A stretch of 63,178 bases of DNA, counting the filler, from Choristocarpus tenellus KU-1152 (Eukaryota > Protista > Phaeophyceae): NCBI GenBank assembly GCA_964200185.2. It is 12 parts of 12 records of this genome, joined end to end, with 100 filler letters (N's around TTAATTAATTAA, not from the genome) between each part and the next. Parts side by side here need not be neighbours in the genome. Positions count along the whole stretch, not along the records: positions 1 to 5,953 come from CAXNAD020009330.1; positions 6,054 to 15,671 come from CAXNAD020003533.1; 10 more parts are not named here. One strand, given 5' to 3'. Positions 1 to 13,088 of this stretch are shown here, one piece after another. Each line of letters starts with the position of its first letter. Position 1 is the stretch's first letter. A program made the translations under genes and the position numbers. The notes beneath the pieces are model-generated. The model was not told the DNA's origin, ran no database searches, and saw only the letters and a list, made by a program, of their open reading frames with translations.

Positions 1-45
1 CAAGGTGTCGGGGGGGGGGGGGTGCCGGCGTTCGTTTTTGACCCT

Positions 46-223
46 GGCTCAAAGTATCTAGAAGGGGTGGTGGCTGTTCATTTGGGTCAATTTTTTCATG
101 TCGCGATTTTTGGGTGATTTGGTTCCATACGTTGGATGGATAATGAAAGTGCACTTTTCCTGTTTTTGGACCAAATGGACACTCTGGTGTAGATCTCCCC
201 TCCCCCCCCAGATACTTTGGGCT
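46..223 (+). mobile_element. MITE family A copy (~178 bp; TIR ggctcaaagtatct...agatactttgg)
   Basis: Aligns end to end with the other family A copies. TSD not evident. Confidence 0.85.
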
Positions 224-2384
224 TTGGTTCGAACAAAGTTAAGGGTCATTGGAGTCCGCCGTAGCAATAACTCAACTTCATGCTAATGAATCAATGAACT
301 GTTTTCGAGAAATACTGAAGTGAAGGAGGGTATGGGGCGTAAGAAAGGATGGGACTTCGAGGATCATTAGGTCTCCACATGTGACAAGAGTTGCGGAACG
401 GGTAAGGGTCTCGCTGACATCCACTCCGATAGGCATTTAGGGAGTAACGCACCCAAGTGAGGATACCCTCAGTTATTCAAGGCCGCTAATATAGTGGATA
501 CGTTCACTCTCATTGCAGTTCCCATTGTATCAGCTGTTTTGTTTGTTTCAGCTCTATTGCCTGGCACAACTTTTCGCGGTCAAGTGCAGTGGTACAGCCG
601 CGAACCCCCTGCAAATGATTGAGCACAGGGAAATATTTCCTTTGGTGTGGAGCCAGCAAATATATTTTATTGCAAATTTTAGTATAGGGGGGTTGAGATC
701 ACGTTTACCATCCGAGGTGACCCTTCTGCACAGACATACCCATGGCAGATCCACACTGTGTACCTGACTTCAGTCCCTTGGGTCGGTGTGGCCTTTGAAA
801 TTATGCGATCCTGTTTGCCAGGAACATCGGTAGTTGCAAAGGGTTCCATCATTTTGTCGTGGCACAAGAGGAAGATGGTAACCCCCAAGCTGCTAGGGCT
901 GATGTCTCGGCAAGATCTGATGCAACAATCAAGCAATTGGAAAAACAGCTACATTGCAGTTGCTCATAAGAGTACAGGGACATGAATTAGTCAGTCGAGG
1001 ATCATCTGATCCTGTCATGGAGAAAGGGAATTGCAGACAGCAAAGATTGAGGACAGGGCTGAATCTGGATTGAAGTGAAGAGTCAAACGTGCTGAGTTCG
1101 ACCAGCAGATGCTTCCCCTGTTGAACTCAGATATGACAGAGGTACGCAAACTAATGCTTTGATCTAGAGACCAACTACAGCAGGCTGTTCCAAGACTTAT
1201 GGATATAGAAAAGAACTGCTTCCTCTACACAGGGTGAAAACGATTAATGATCCAGGAGCTGAGTGTCTTCCCTACCACTCGAGTCTGGAGTAGTTTCTGT
1301 AAGTGCTAGTTGTTGAGAAGCTTAGCGCATGTAAGGCTCGTTGCCGAAAGCTAGCAGTTGAATTACATGGTAAAACATACACTGAACATTTATTATCCAC
1401 TGGGCCTTTGTCTTAGCCATCAATTATATCTGATGTATGACCAAAGACTGACCCATCATACCGTTATGCACGTTACTACTTTGTATTGTACCAAACTAAA
1501 GATAAACGTACATGAAACCTATGTTATATACTTGTTTCAGCACAGACAACGTAAGGAAAACACTAGGTTATTCGACACTGGTGATGGAGTTGTGCATGGC
1601 ACCTCTTAGGCACCAACAACTGATTTACCTTGCAAGGTCTGAGGTGTTGAGGAGGGTCTCTCATAAGATGAGAGGAAATGTGGGCAACATACCATTACGC
1701 CTGTTTTTGGTTTTTCATGTCATCTGAGTGAATGTGTCAGGTGTAAGGGCAATTTCCTTAGACTGAACGCATCTTCCTTTTCTGTCCCTTTGCCTGAACC
1801 AAATCCGAAGGAAAATCACTGGCAACACTGGCATCAACCTGGGGTATCATACAACACCCCATCAAACCCCGAATGGAAAATTTAGGCTAACCCCCCCCCC
1901 TCTCAGTTAATATGACACATCATCTACACAACATGCACTGTTTGGTCTCTTAAGTCCTCTACCACTGACGCCTTCTACTTCTTTGGTGCACTTTCTTCCC
2001 TAATCCATATTGTTCACTATCACTGCTCCTCCCCATCCCTATCTGTACTGTAAAGGCAAATGGCTGGCGTTGTTCAGATTGCTGTGGCTTTTTTGCCTTT
2101 TTGTTAAGTACCACCTCTCTTATGCAGGGGTGTAGGGAATCCATCCAGGGTAAGGATATATACCCCAGAGAAGCAATCATGTGTTGAGCTCGTTGCAACG
2201 AAGGTAATAAAATGTACTGAGATTGCACCGTGCACAAACCTCCCCACGGACTAGAATATGTGCCAATTTGCAAGTCAGAAATGGTACAGGCGAATAGCGC
2301 AAGCTTTTCTTCTTGTATTTCAATGAAGTGCAAACGTTTGTTACACGTGAATAGCGCGAGCTTTTTCTTTTATGTTTCAGGAAA

Positions 2385-2837
2385 GAGTCAAAGTATCTTA
2401 GAGGGTAGAGCCACGTCCATTTGGGGTTCAAAACCCAATGTTGCGATTTCGATGTAATTTTGGCTATTGTGTTTGTTAGGAAGTGTCAATATCCATGTTC
2501 CAGACACACCTTTTCACAACGTATATATTCTACCTACTCCGAAATTATTTCGGAGTGGGAATATGTCATAAAAACCCCGAGGGAAGTCAAGCCCCAAATG
2601 GACAAACAGGGCAAAACTCGTACCCTCCAATATACTTTCACTCGTAATTTTGGCTATCGTATTTGTTAGGAAGTGTCAATATCCTTGTTCCAGTGCCACT
2701 TTTTCATAACGCATACAATTTACCAACTCCAAAAAAAATTGGAGTAGGTAAATGTAATTGAAAAAAACAAACGTGAGAAGCCAAGGACCAAACGGACAAA
2801 TAGGGCAAAACTCACAACCTCTAAGATACTTTCTTTC
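2385..2837 (+). mobile_element. MITE family B: full copy (2385-2643) followed directly by a 5'-truncated copy (2644-2837)
   Basis: TIR gagtcaaagtatcttagaggg...ccctccaatatactttcactc. The second copy repeats the 3' ~190 bp. Confidence 0.88.
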
Positions 2838-3998
2838 CAACAAAACATGGTTTTACCTGGCACAGTTCGGGCTTACATTGTGCACCACAGTGGAAACCCT
2901 TTCTGCCACCCACCCTGTTTCGAGAAGACTTTCTCATTCCGATCTAGTGTTCAACTTCACGTACATGACACGCACATGCACCAACGAGGAGGTCTTGGCA
3001 CTGTTCTGAATGGCACCCTGTGTCTTAAACAGCCAACCCAGAACGAGAGGTTTATCAAATACTCCGGCGTACCAAGTACATCGATGAGTAAAATGAGTGC
3101 GGTTTCATGGATCAACAGTCACCATTACTACTAACGATACCACTCCTGTCATGATATCTCACCGCTCTCAATTGTGGAGAATGTCACAGCTAAAGTAACC
3201 CCTCCGGATACGTTCCGTCTTTTTTCTGGAGGTGACGATTTTCCATGCCAGGAATGATGCAAGCTGTCTGTGGTGATGCACCTACTATTGTTCCGTACAC
3301 GCACAGTATAAACTAGTAGTACTCGGTAGTAGTAGATTGTGCGTCATGTGTGTGATGATGACACGGGACAAGGTGTGGGACGTTCACCAGAATTACATTT
3401 TATGGCATCGAGAATGGTACCGAACGGCCAATACTGGAGCATGACGGCACAGAATCGCAGAATCGAAGGTGTTTGAAGCAAAAGAAGAAGGAAGCGTGGA
3501 CGGGTACGAAAACCTGTCGCCCTTCTTTGCCAGGAGGGGCTGGAGAGTCTCTACGAGCAAAGCTCACTTATTTTTCGTGGATCTTCAGCCTGACTTTCGC
3601 CATTATTGATCACCGTGTGTTGTGTGTGCGACGCTGATACCCATCCGTCCGTGGGTGGAAGGATATACATGCATGTACTCCAAGTATTAATGTGTGCATG
3701 CATATGGGTACAACAACACAGGTGGTTCAGTACAAGCAAGGATTCCCATACAAGATACAAATACTCAATGAATAGTGGTAGAACCAGCCTGTGATACAGA
3801 GAGTAGTGAACATGAAAATGCAAATTGTACCTTCCCAAATATCAGAGAATGACATCCGATGAGAGTGCTAGTTTAGCCAGCATTAGAATCTGAGCACTTG
3901 CTAATCAGAACAAAGGGATCAAAGCTGCCGATCATGAAAGGATCATGGGACAAAAACAATATGTAACTAAACCTAACCATAAATTTGATTGGTGGTTA

Positions 3999-4257
3999 GA
4001 GTGAAAGTATCTTAGAGGGTACGAATTTTGCCCTGTATGTTCATTTGGGGCTTGGCTTCCCATGTTTTTTTTTTATGACCTTTTCCCACTCCAATTTTGT
4101 TTTGGAGTAGATCAAATGTGTGTTATGAAAAGCTGTGTCCGGAACAAGGACATTGACACTTCCTAACAAACACCATAGTCAAAATTACATCATAATCGCA
4201 ACATTGGATTTTGGCCACCAAATGGGCACGGCCCTATACTCTAAGATACTTTGGCTC
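3999..4257 (-). mobile_element. MITE family B copy, TSD TTA
   Basis: tta|gagtgaaagtatcttagaggg...ctctaagatactttggctc|tta. Confidence 0.92.
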
Positions 4258-4439
4258 TTAGGAATTACTTACCATGTGTGGGCAAGGAAGTAATCGTAAG
4301 CATAGCACACACTGGTGCATTACAGTGCAATTACTATTATCATAGGACTTGTTCTCCTGGGCTGGGACGGGGTTTTGCTTACTTCTCTCTTTTTTTTTTC
4401 GTGACGATTGTCGCATCAGTTCTCAGTACTGGCTAGAAA

Positions 4440-4810
4440 AACAAAGAAGGTTGAACAAAACATAGGCGGGTGAAACGATCAGAAAGCGCCCGCTTTGGAT
4501 ACATCCGAGACACTGTGTAACCGCAACTTCTGTACAATGCCAAAGAATGTTGGTACTTGAGTCTCCGTTGGTATCTTGTGGATATTAGGCAGGTGAAATA
4601 AACAATGTATTTGGATTCATCCAAGCGATCTGTAGCTTACACTAAGCGTATAGAACTGCAAAATGTTGCTGCTCAAGTCATCATTGGTATCTTACGAACA
4701 ATGGTCAGGTGAAACAATCAAACAGCGATTTTGGATCCATCCAGGCAATTTGTAACTTAGGGTTACGTATATCACTGCAAAATGTTACCAATCGAGTACA
4801 TGCTAGCGTT
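4440..4810 (+). repeat. Degenerate tandem repeat, ~118-bp unit, ~3 copies
   Basis: ttggatNcatcc recurs at ~4495, ~4611 and ~4731, with recurring ggtgaaa, ttggtatctt and aatgtt motifs at the same spacing. Confidence 0.6.
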
Positions 4811-5187
4811 TGAACACGTTTCTCGACGCTTCTTTTCTGCGCAGTCGCTATACATATACCACCTCTCTGCCATAAGTTTGTGCCGCGAAACATCTGGGCT
4901 CGCCGAGCGAGAACGGCGCCGAATCGGACGATAACCCCACAGAACGAAATCGGGTTGACAATCTCAGCTTTCAGAAAGGGTGGAGGTCGAGGATCATCGG
5001 GTGCAAACTCGAGGTGCTTCAAACCGTCAAAGTAGGGGTCTTTTGGGCTGATTTTGAGGCCAGAACTGGGCACGCCGAGGGTCAGAAAGTCGGCATGGCA
5101 ATCCCCCCGTCGACCCCCCCGCGTAGGAAGGGTGTCCAAGTGTCCCTTAATACCAGGGTTGCGCTTGCACGCACTAGCGATGGTCCC

Positions 5188-5647
5188 TAGACCAAGATGC
5201 CTTGGTTGCAGGGGAAGCACGTTGTCGTTCAACAAGACAATGTCACCCCCCACACGGCCAAGGGCAACTCAGAAATCTTGTCAGGGGCACGGAAGACTGA
5301 GGGGTGGTCAACTAAGATTGTGACGCAGCCATGTTACTCCCCCGACCTCAATATCATCGACCTATGCTTCTTCAGGTCTTTGAAATGTCGGGTGATGGGG
5401 GAACAGTTTTCCGTCTGTCGAGGAGAAGGTGAAGGTCATTAAGAAACAGTATGAGGAGTATGACGATATCACGCTTGAGAGAGCTTGGCAGCTCCTTTTT
5501 GTGGTGTACAATCAAGCACTTAGATACAAAGGGGGGAATGACTTCAGTGTGGAGCACCCAGGGGTAAGGAAGAGGCAATTATCTGGTGAGCTTGAAAACA
5601 CGCCGAAGGTAGAGATGGAGGCTTTTCTGTGGCTGATAAAATTGTGA
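5188..5647 (+). mobile_element. Decayed Tc1/mariner transposase, C-terminal part (plant/oomycete DD39D-type)
   Basis: KMPWLQGKHVVVQQDNVTPH...QPCYSPDLNIIDLCFFRSLK, a frameshift near 5415, then ...LERAWQLLFVVYNQALRYKGGNDFSVEH. The QQDN, SPDLNxxD and GGNDF motifs are typical of the DD39D clade. Confidence 0.85.
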
Positions 5648-5953
5648 CGGATGGGGTGTAATAATAATAAAAAGAGCTGAACCTAACCTTAAAGTCGTCA
5701 AGGATTCCAAATCTTCTTTCAGAAATTAATTTCATCTTCAAACGTTATAGGCAACGTGGCATAGACGTATGGCACGGACGTAGTATATTTTGTTCTCTTA
5801 TTAATGTTGGCGTTTTCAATATTCAAACGACAAAAAGAACGCAAATAATTCAAACTCTTGATAACCACCAAAAATGAGGTCACAACGGCAATAAACGGCT
5901 CTCATTTCCAGCCCAAGTAGTTGTAGTAGATGGGTACCCTGCATAAAATTATC

Positions 5954-6053
5954 NNNNNNNNNNNNNNNNNNNNNNNNNNNNNNNNNNNNNNNNNNNNTTA
6001 ATTAATTAANNNNNNNNNNNNNNNNNNNNNNNNNNNNNNNNNNNNNNNNNNNN
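5954..6053. other. Artificial contig-joining linker (44 N + TTAATTAATTAA + 44 N), first of 11
   Basis: The identical 100-bp spacer with a six-frame stop 12-mer occurs at 5954-6053, 15672-15771, 24872-24971, 28599-28698, 34636-34735, 39430-39529, 44525-44624, 47703-47802, 51326-51425, 56452-56551 and 60489-60588. Separate 10-N scaffold gaps lie at 55528-55537, 57981-57990 and 59741-59750. Confidence 0.98.
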
Positions 6054-8662
6054 ATGTCAGATGCACTTGGATTGGACAGCAAGCAGATGGAAATAGATGC
6101 CAAGGGGGTTGAGGAGGGGGGGGAGGGTAAGACTGAGGAGGATGTCATCAAGGCGTTGAAGGGGGAGGGGGAGAGGTGAGGATGACCTTGATATGATTTA
6201 TTTGCTCTGTGTGATAGGGTGGGGGTTGCCAAAGCTACATTAGGTTGCTAAGGAAGGACTCGTGAAGGTGAAGGGATGGAAGTAGGCTTAGAAACTCTTA
6301 GAAACTTTGTATGAGACTTCGTTACTAGGGAAGATGACTCTGCTGTGAACTGTGGTTGTTTCATCTGTCTGACAAAAATGCCCAGTGGAATATGTGTTTG
6401 ATTAACGATACAGTGAGACCTTTCTTGGAAGGCTTGTAGAGGGACTTTTTCGAAATTATTGCAATCTCTCACTTCCTGTGTCTCTGAGAGCATACTTTAT
6501 GGTCTTTGGGGTTAATCACACAGTACCTGTCTTTTATTACAAAGTACCATTGTTAGTTCACCTTTGTATTGGAGCAGGCTGGACAATCTGATTTTGGGCT
6601 GGAGTGTTGTGCAAGGTGGTCTTTCTGTTTCTGGTAGAGTGCAGCCTTCTTGTTGTGGAACACCACTCACCTACCCCCCTCCATGTTTTCATTTCACCCA
6701 TCCTCTCTCTCACCTCTATGGTGGTGCCATGAGACAGCGATTTTGTGTCGGATGCATTTGTGATCGCTCGGACCGGGCTGGGACCGTTCGGGGAAGGTTG
6801 GGAGACCAAGGGGGAGGATGTGGAGTGGTTCCTGTACACACGACCCTGGGTCATTGGTGTCTTCACCATCATGCAGAAGATAGGCCTTGAGCCAAATGAG
6901 GATGTGAGTCGCGGTGTGTATTGAGAGTAGTCCTTGAAGCAATGGGAGAGGACCTGTTGAAGGGATGAACATGGTGTAGTGAACCACAACAGGTCAATTG
7001 TAAACATTAGTCTAATCATAGAGTTATTGGACTTTAGATCAAATCTTTTTTTGAATTTCATTGTAGGGCGGTATTTGTGTGGCAGCCCAGCCCCCTCTGA
7101 ATGTCGCTGTGGCCCTTTGTTATCCTGCACAGTGCTGGTCGCTTTCTTTGTGTGTGTGTGTGTGTGTGTGTGTTTGAATCTCAACAGTGGTTGTGATCTC
7201 TTCTTCTTGCACAGTACCCTACTGTATTTTATCTTGATAGCACTGAAGAGTAGGCTTGCTGCGTGTCCTGTGTCGGGGACGAATTTTCAAAGATGGGCAG
7301 GGGTACGTTCAAAAGCATGTAGAGAGCTCTAGGAGAAGCGTTTTGTGTTTTTATTTGAACTACCCATTCTGTTTTCTGATTGTTTCCCTTACGCAGTATG
7401 CAATATATAGTTGCTGCAAGACGTTTGTCGATTGGTTGATTTTGTCCGTTTTGAGTTTTTCGTCTTTGTTTTGAAAGAGTATTGTACACACGGTGGGTGA
7501 TGTGCTTTGGCTTGTTACCCAAAATGTGTTACAGGATTATAGACTGTGGTGTGATGCAGGACAGCTTGCGTGCGTTGGAATGTGCTTACCTTTTGTGGCA
7601 AGTCCCAGGACGAGATCCTTGTGATGAGTCTAGCACACATAAGTTTAGTTTACAAACAAGTACAGTGTTGCAAGGCTTGGGGGGATAATTATCTTGGTTC
7701 ATCCCCACGTTGTGCTCCTTCCAAGGAGCCAGGGCATGTCCCTTTCTTCGAAGGACGGACAACTGAACTATTGTGTTCAAGTTGTGTTCATATTGTGTGC
7801 TTGCTGCTGTTTTATGTATACAGGTTGTGGAGAAGTGGTTTGAGGTGCTTGGCACCAGCCCGCAGGGGGCGCTCAAGGACCTAGCGCTGTACACAGACCA
7901 GTTGGCAAAGGTGGAACAGGCAGAGCAGGTGAGATGAGACTGTGCAGTAGGGGGTTTGATGAGTAGGGAAGCATTGCCATGAGTTGGCTTGCAGGAGGTG
8001 TCCTTTTCATCGAAAAGTTGTTTCTTGATGAATGGACTGTAAGTATGGAAGGAAATAATAGGGGAGGAAAGGCATTACCTACTACCGTGAAACTTGTATT
8101 TATGGAAGATGGTGCTTGAGAGCATTCAGTTTCACCAGTTTCTGTTGGAGAGAGTCCCACTCAATCTGTAAAATAGGAGAATGCTGTTTTGGTAAGGGTT
8201 GAGGTTTAAAATTGGGGGGAGAAGAGGGGCTACACTAGTTGATTACTGGATAAGTAACCTTCTTGTTTTCACCAAGTATTGTGTTTCTATGCGTTGTTTA
8301 AATCTGGAGAGCATTTAAGCTCCCTCCTATCGCAAGCACATAAATTCACCGATAACCGACTCACTCTTTCGCTATAATGGATCAAGAATGTAGAAATTAC
8401 GCAAGGAGAACTGCTATCAGACCCACAATGTCTTAGCAAGCCCGTTGCACCCCACCTTCCCCAAAACCTACAGCTCTTCAAGGAGATTGAGATCCGTGAA
8501 AAGAAGCGCATGGCTGAGAGACTGGAGGAGAAGGCAGCCTGGGCCATCAAGGAGGCTGAGCGAGCAGAGAGGGAAGCGCAGGAGGAGAAGGAGGAAGAAG
8601 AACGCATTGCAAATGCCAAAGAGGGGGATGTGCTCCCCAACAAGCTCCCTGTGGATGAGTAA
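6054..8662 (+). CDS. THF1: Thylakoid formation 1 / Psb29 protein, 5'-truncated by contig start; exons 6054-6175, 6738-6903, 7824-7928, 8474-8662
   Basis: GT-AG introns with matching phases (2,0,0). Translation: SDALGLDSKQMEIDAKGVEEGGEGKTEEDVIKALKGEGES-DFVSDAF...WFLYTRPWVIGVFTIMQKIGLEPNED-VVEKWFEVLGTSPQGALKDLALYTDQLAKVEQAEQ-LFKEIEIREKKRMAERLEEKAA...*. It matches the THF1/Psb29 motifs (FxYSRxFAIGLF-like; KDLxLY...KxxQAxEL...EKK), recognised by eye. Confidence 0.9.
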
Positions 8663-11600
8663 GGCTCAGGGGAAGCGAATTGGGTGGTGGTTCAGTGGCA
8701 GGGATGGAGGGAAGGGGGCATTAAAAATACTAAGCAAGAGTTAAAATGTGGGGACCACTGAGTTAGATGCGTCCTGAATGAAGTGTGTTGAGCTGTAGTC
8801 CTAGTAGTTCTGTGAGCATGCTGCTTCTACTCTCTTGGAGACTCTGGTGGATGATGTTATGTTGCGACTTTCTTCTTTCCTAGCGTTAGTGTGTGAAGGA
8901 TTGTTTTGTGTATGTTGTGTGCATGTAATCTTGGGAAGGGCTCCTCAGCTTGATCTGTGGACCTTTCAGGGGCCCTTGGTGTGCTGTGGTCAGCGTAGAA
9001 ATGGGGCTGTGGGATATCTGCAGCGTTGAGAGGCAATGCTATGGTGTTCAGAGCTAGGGCAGGGTGGGGTATCCTTTTCACATTGGAGTTTGTTGAGAAA
9101 GATTTGTTTCATTTATGCAAGGAGGTAGACGAGATGTGCGTAGTGCAAGGAAAGGGTTCAGAGGCAGGTACAATAACATTATGCAGTTCAGTACCTGAAA
9201 CATTAGCTTTTGTTGCACATGAGCAACTGATCAAGCGCGCAAGGCTTAGGAGGGATAGAGAGACGAGAATTGGGGGAGCAACATAGAGAGTGGATCTAAG
9301 TTGTAAAGAGGGAACTTTTCCCTCCATCTTCAACCTGCTTGACAGAATACAAGGATGAGTGTGTATTATCCTTTGTGCATGTGTACATGGCTTAGGGCCT
9401 TTTGGTGGGAGTCAGCTTGGGTTTGAAGGCATGTTTTTTTGTGTGCATGTGCCTGCTGTGAAGTAGGGTAAGGTAATGAGATGCTCCTGATCCTGTAATG
9501 ATAGGGATTCTGTACCCCACCCCGCTACACCTGTTTTCTGTTTTTTTTAGTGGTACTTTATTTCTTTTAGTGGTAATTGACACAGGGTGGGAAGATGGAC
9601 AACATTCCATATGCTCATCTTGTTTGAGAGCATAGGGAGCAAAGTAGAGGGACTTAATGAAGTACAGTGTATTGCAAGGAGGCTGACCAATTTATGCATC
9701 CCATCTGTGGACTTGAGAATGTGAAGGGAGGTTTATGCCTCAAGATTAGATGGGCAGATAGATTGGATGCAGGCCAAGTAGAGCACAAGATGTGAGGAGA
9801 AAGGATTTGATAGGTACAGATTTGGATTGATCGATGGATGGATCATCAGAGGGCATCCCCCCCACCGGATCTCATATATGTCTTGTGTCTGTGTGAAAGG
9901 GGTGATCTCTGGTGAGGTTGTGCCCTGGTTAAGTCTATCATGGGTTGTATACCTACAGGACTTGCGAAATTTCCTGTTTTGAGTCACTGGTGTAGCAGTT
10001 GCTGAGATAGGATAAGATAAACGAAAAAACCGAACAACACAAAACCTGATGTATTTTTTTGTGACATCCAATCCACACAGAAATTACAGCTGACAGTGGT
10101 TGGGAAGTAACGCTCAAGAGATATTGGATGTTGACACGTGTGTGTGTGTATTATGCAGACGGGCAGTTGTGAAGCACACACATCATCAGGGCAAGGCATC
10201 AAGCTTACAGTCATGTGTCAACCACCTCGCTCAGCATACAAACCCTTATCCTAGACTGTGTCATCAGTCCCATAAAATCTGTGGTTGAATTTTTGCCGCG
10301 ATAGGTGTTCAACAATTTATTTGTGACCCATTTTGCTTGCTTAGGCAGACCAGGTAAGGAGCTGAGTTAATTGTCTTGTTGATCCTCACAGTGACAGCAA
10401 AACAGCTCCTAGATGTTTAACTGGAATCCCTTAATTTTGTGTGTTTCGAATGTATGATATCAAGACAAGTTCCATGTAGACTGGTAGAGGAAGCACCAGC
10501 TTAAACAGAAGTGAGTTTTTGAGCAAACAGCATGTATGTACTGCTTGGTGTAGGAGAAAAAAAGGTAAGGATAGTTTAGAAAAGATGCCGAGTGGGAGAA
10601 GTAGATGTTTGCCAGCAGTATGTTGACAGTAGTAGGGTGTTTGGAGGGTAACTAACTGGAGGTGTTACTTAATCAACACGGAAAATACTTTTGAAAGTTT
10701 AACACTCTGAAAGGCAGTCTCAGCTTTTCCAAGAATCGTATATATATGTTGTAATCTACAACTAACTGCCAGTGTCTCACATTGACTTTGCTATCCAACG
10801 GGTGAGCGGAAATGATGGCAACAATGTGGTCAACAACAAAAAAGAAGTAGGGGCTGTGAATTATTGTCATGATGGCGATGCAACCTGTATGTAATATAGA
10901 AATGGTAAGATATTGCTAGTACATATTTTATAGTCTTCAATTCATTATTTTTTTTGGTTTGTAGTAGGTAGGTATGGTTCTAGTTCGTGAAATTATAAGA
11001 TGTCTTCTCGTTCGTATCATGTAGGATGAAGGAAGCAGGATGGTTGTAATATTGAATATGCAATAGACGTATGCAATAGTATGTATTATTATGTATAGTA
11101 TGTATTATGTTCGTTGTGTACACACCATACAACCTACAAACATATAAAAAAATAACATTTATGTTATAAACAATGTAGAGACATGCCCTCCATTGGCAAC
11201 ATCCCTACGGAAGATGTCAGTGGGCGCGATACAGAAGGAGGGTATGGAACACTCTATTATGTCTTGATAATATATTTATATGTGGTACAGAATTATGTTT
11301 AGAACAAGAACAAGAGCGAAAAAGGTTTGAATGAGAGAAAGCTCTGTCATTCTGTCTCACCAAAGACAATAACTATAGGTCGATACACACAATATGAAAA
11401 CACATACAGCAACAAAAATATACACACACATCATATATGCCTTGTGGCCCCTATATATACTAGGACATTAATTTTTATCAAACATGCATACAATACTCCT
11501 TGAAAGAGAAACGTGTGATCCTAAACTAGACAAGAAAACAACCAAGTTCGGAGTAGTTTAAGTGCGTACTACTATAAAGGATAATGGCCAACAAAGAGTG

Positions 11601-12910
11601 GAGGTGTGTACTGGGAGCGATAAAATGAAGGAAGGGGGAGAGAGGAAAACACAAGGGACTTGTGGTGATACAACACACAATAATGCAACATGACAAGTCT
11701 AACCACTAAATGCATTTATGTTCGTATATACCTTTTGCACGCTGCTTTGTCACGGTCTTTGTTTTCTTTTGTTTCCAGGGTCTCCTTGACGATCTATAAA
11801 TGTGGGGTGGGGTTCGCTTCTAGTGGAATTTGCCACAAGTTTCCATCAATCCGCTGACACACTCCCAGCTTGTTGTATGAAGATCATAGTGGCCCCAGGT
11901 GGGCTTAGCCCACTTTCTTTTGTACCCACTTCGCTTCTCCACCTTGGCGTCCCTTGCCTATTCCTCAGCGTTCCTCTCTTCAGGTACAAGACTCACGTAG
12001 TCCCGAACAAAGAGTCCATCAGCATAGCTGTCCGATATAGTATTAATGGGTTTGTCTGCGCAATGTAGCGAGTACGCTGAAACAAATAGATACAGATAGA
12101 CACATAGATAACTGTTCATTAATCGCTTTCGGTATCAGTGGCTAAATAAAATAATACCAGTTTATGTGATTTTATTTTTTAATTGCACACGCTACGTATA
12201 TCTTAGTTTTTGTAATCAATGGGGCTCTTATCTTCTTGCTCCTGTAAAGGAGCCATAGTGTATGTGTTCCGCCTGCCCGTCCAAGCATTCCTACTAGAAG
12301 ATCTCAAATAATCTCTCGATAGGTACCAACATTTTCTCATTTGTCATCAGGTGATAATAATGCCAAGTTCTAGGGTTAGTGGACATCATCATATGACAAG
12401 CAACAACATGATTTGCACCACTAGCCACTATATAACGTTCCCACGTTTGGGTCAATATTCATTTTCTGGTAAGTGACACAAATCAAAATGGAGGCAATGG
12501 AAAAGGTTTAAATAGAGCACTGGGCTCGCCTTGCTTACATTGACCGATATACGTAAAGAGTATGCCATCATCAAAGTACACATACTGTTGATACTACGTG
12601 GGAGCTCATTAAAACGCATGGAGTGTACTAGTCGGTGACAGTTTTATCAACAATAGCAACAATAAACAATTTGCAATACATGGTATAATATTTATCATTG
12701 TCATTCTGAAGGTGTGTTGCTCTGAGGAAAACATTATTTCCATTGTCGTACCATTAATTAGTCAAAACAACTGTAAGGTAGGTAGGATTGCATTTTTTGG
12801 ATCCCGAGAAGGGCAAAAAGGTGTCATTTTATATATAATTAGAAGTATATACATATATCCAGACTGAGCGGATGGATAGACAGAGGTTCTACTAGTAATT
12901 TTCTTCTATT

Positions 12911-13088
12911 GACCCAAAGTTCCTGGGGGGGCTGTTGGATGTCCATTTGGGGCCAATTTTTTCATGTCGCGATTTTTGGGTGATTTGGTTCCATGTGTCG
13001 GATGGATAATGTAAGTGCACTTTTCCTGGTTTTGGCCCAGATGGACACCCTGGTGTAGACCCCCTCCCCTTCTCAAATACTTTGGGTC
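12911..13088 (+). mobile_element. MITE family A copy
   Basis: gacccaaagt...tactttgggtc termini and the same internal sequence. Flanks are att/act. Confidence 0.85.

Noticed and set aside
3183-3550. LTR followed by primer-binding site and gag start
   Set aside because: TG...CA boundaries can be drawn (tgtcaca...attaca), but there is no second LTR, convincing tRNA-complementary PBS or gag motif.
5998-6009. Recurrent TTAATTAATTAA motif as a biological site
   Set aside because: It is always centred in a 100-bp N spacer and is an artificial six-frame-stop linker.
6558-7184. 208-aa minus-strand ORF and other long ORFs antisense to exons (8287-8643, 26681-27250, 30709-31248, 55567-55977)
   Set aside because: These are shadows of exons on the opposite strand and include intron and microsatellite sequence.
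11995-12080. Isolated minus-strand exon candidate (YSLHCADKPINTISDSYADGLFVRDY)
   Set aside because: It has plausible splice sites but no recognisable homology or partner exons.
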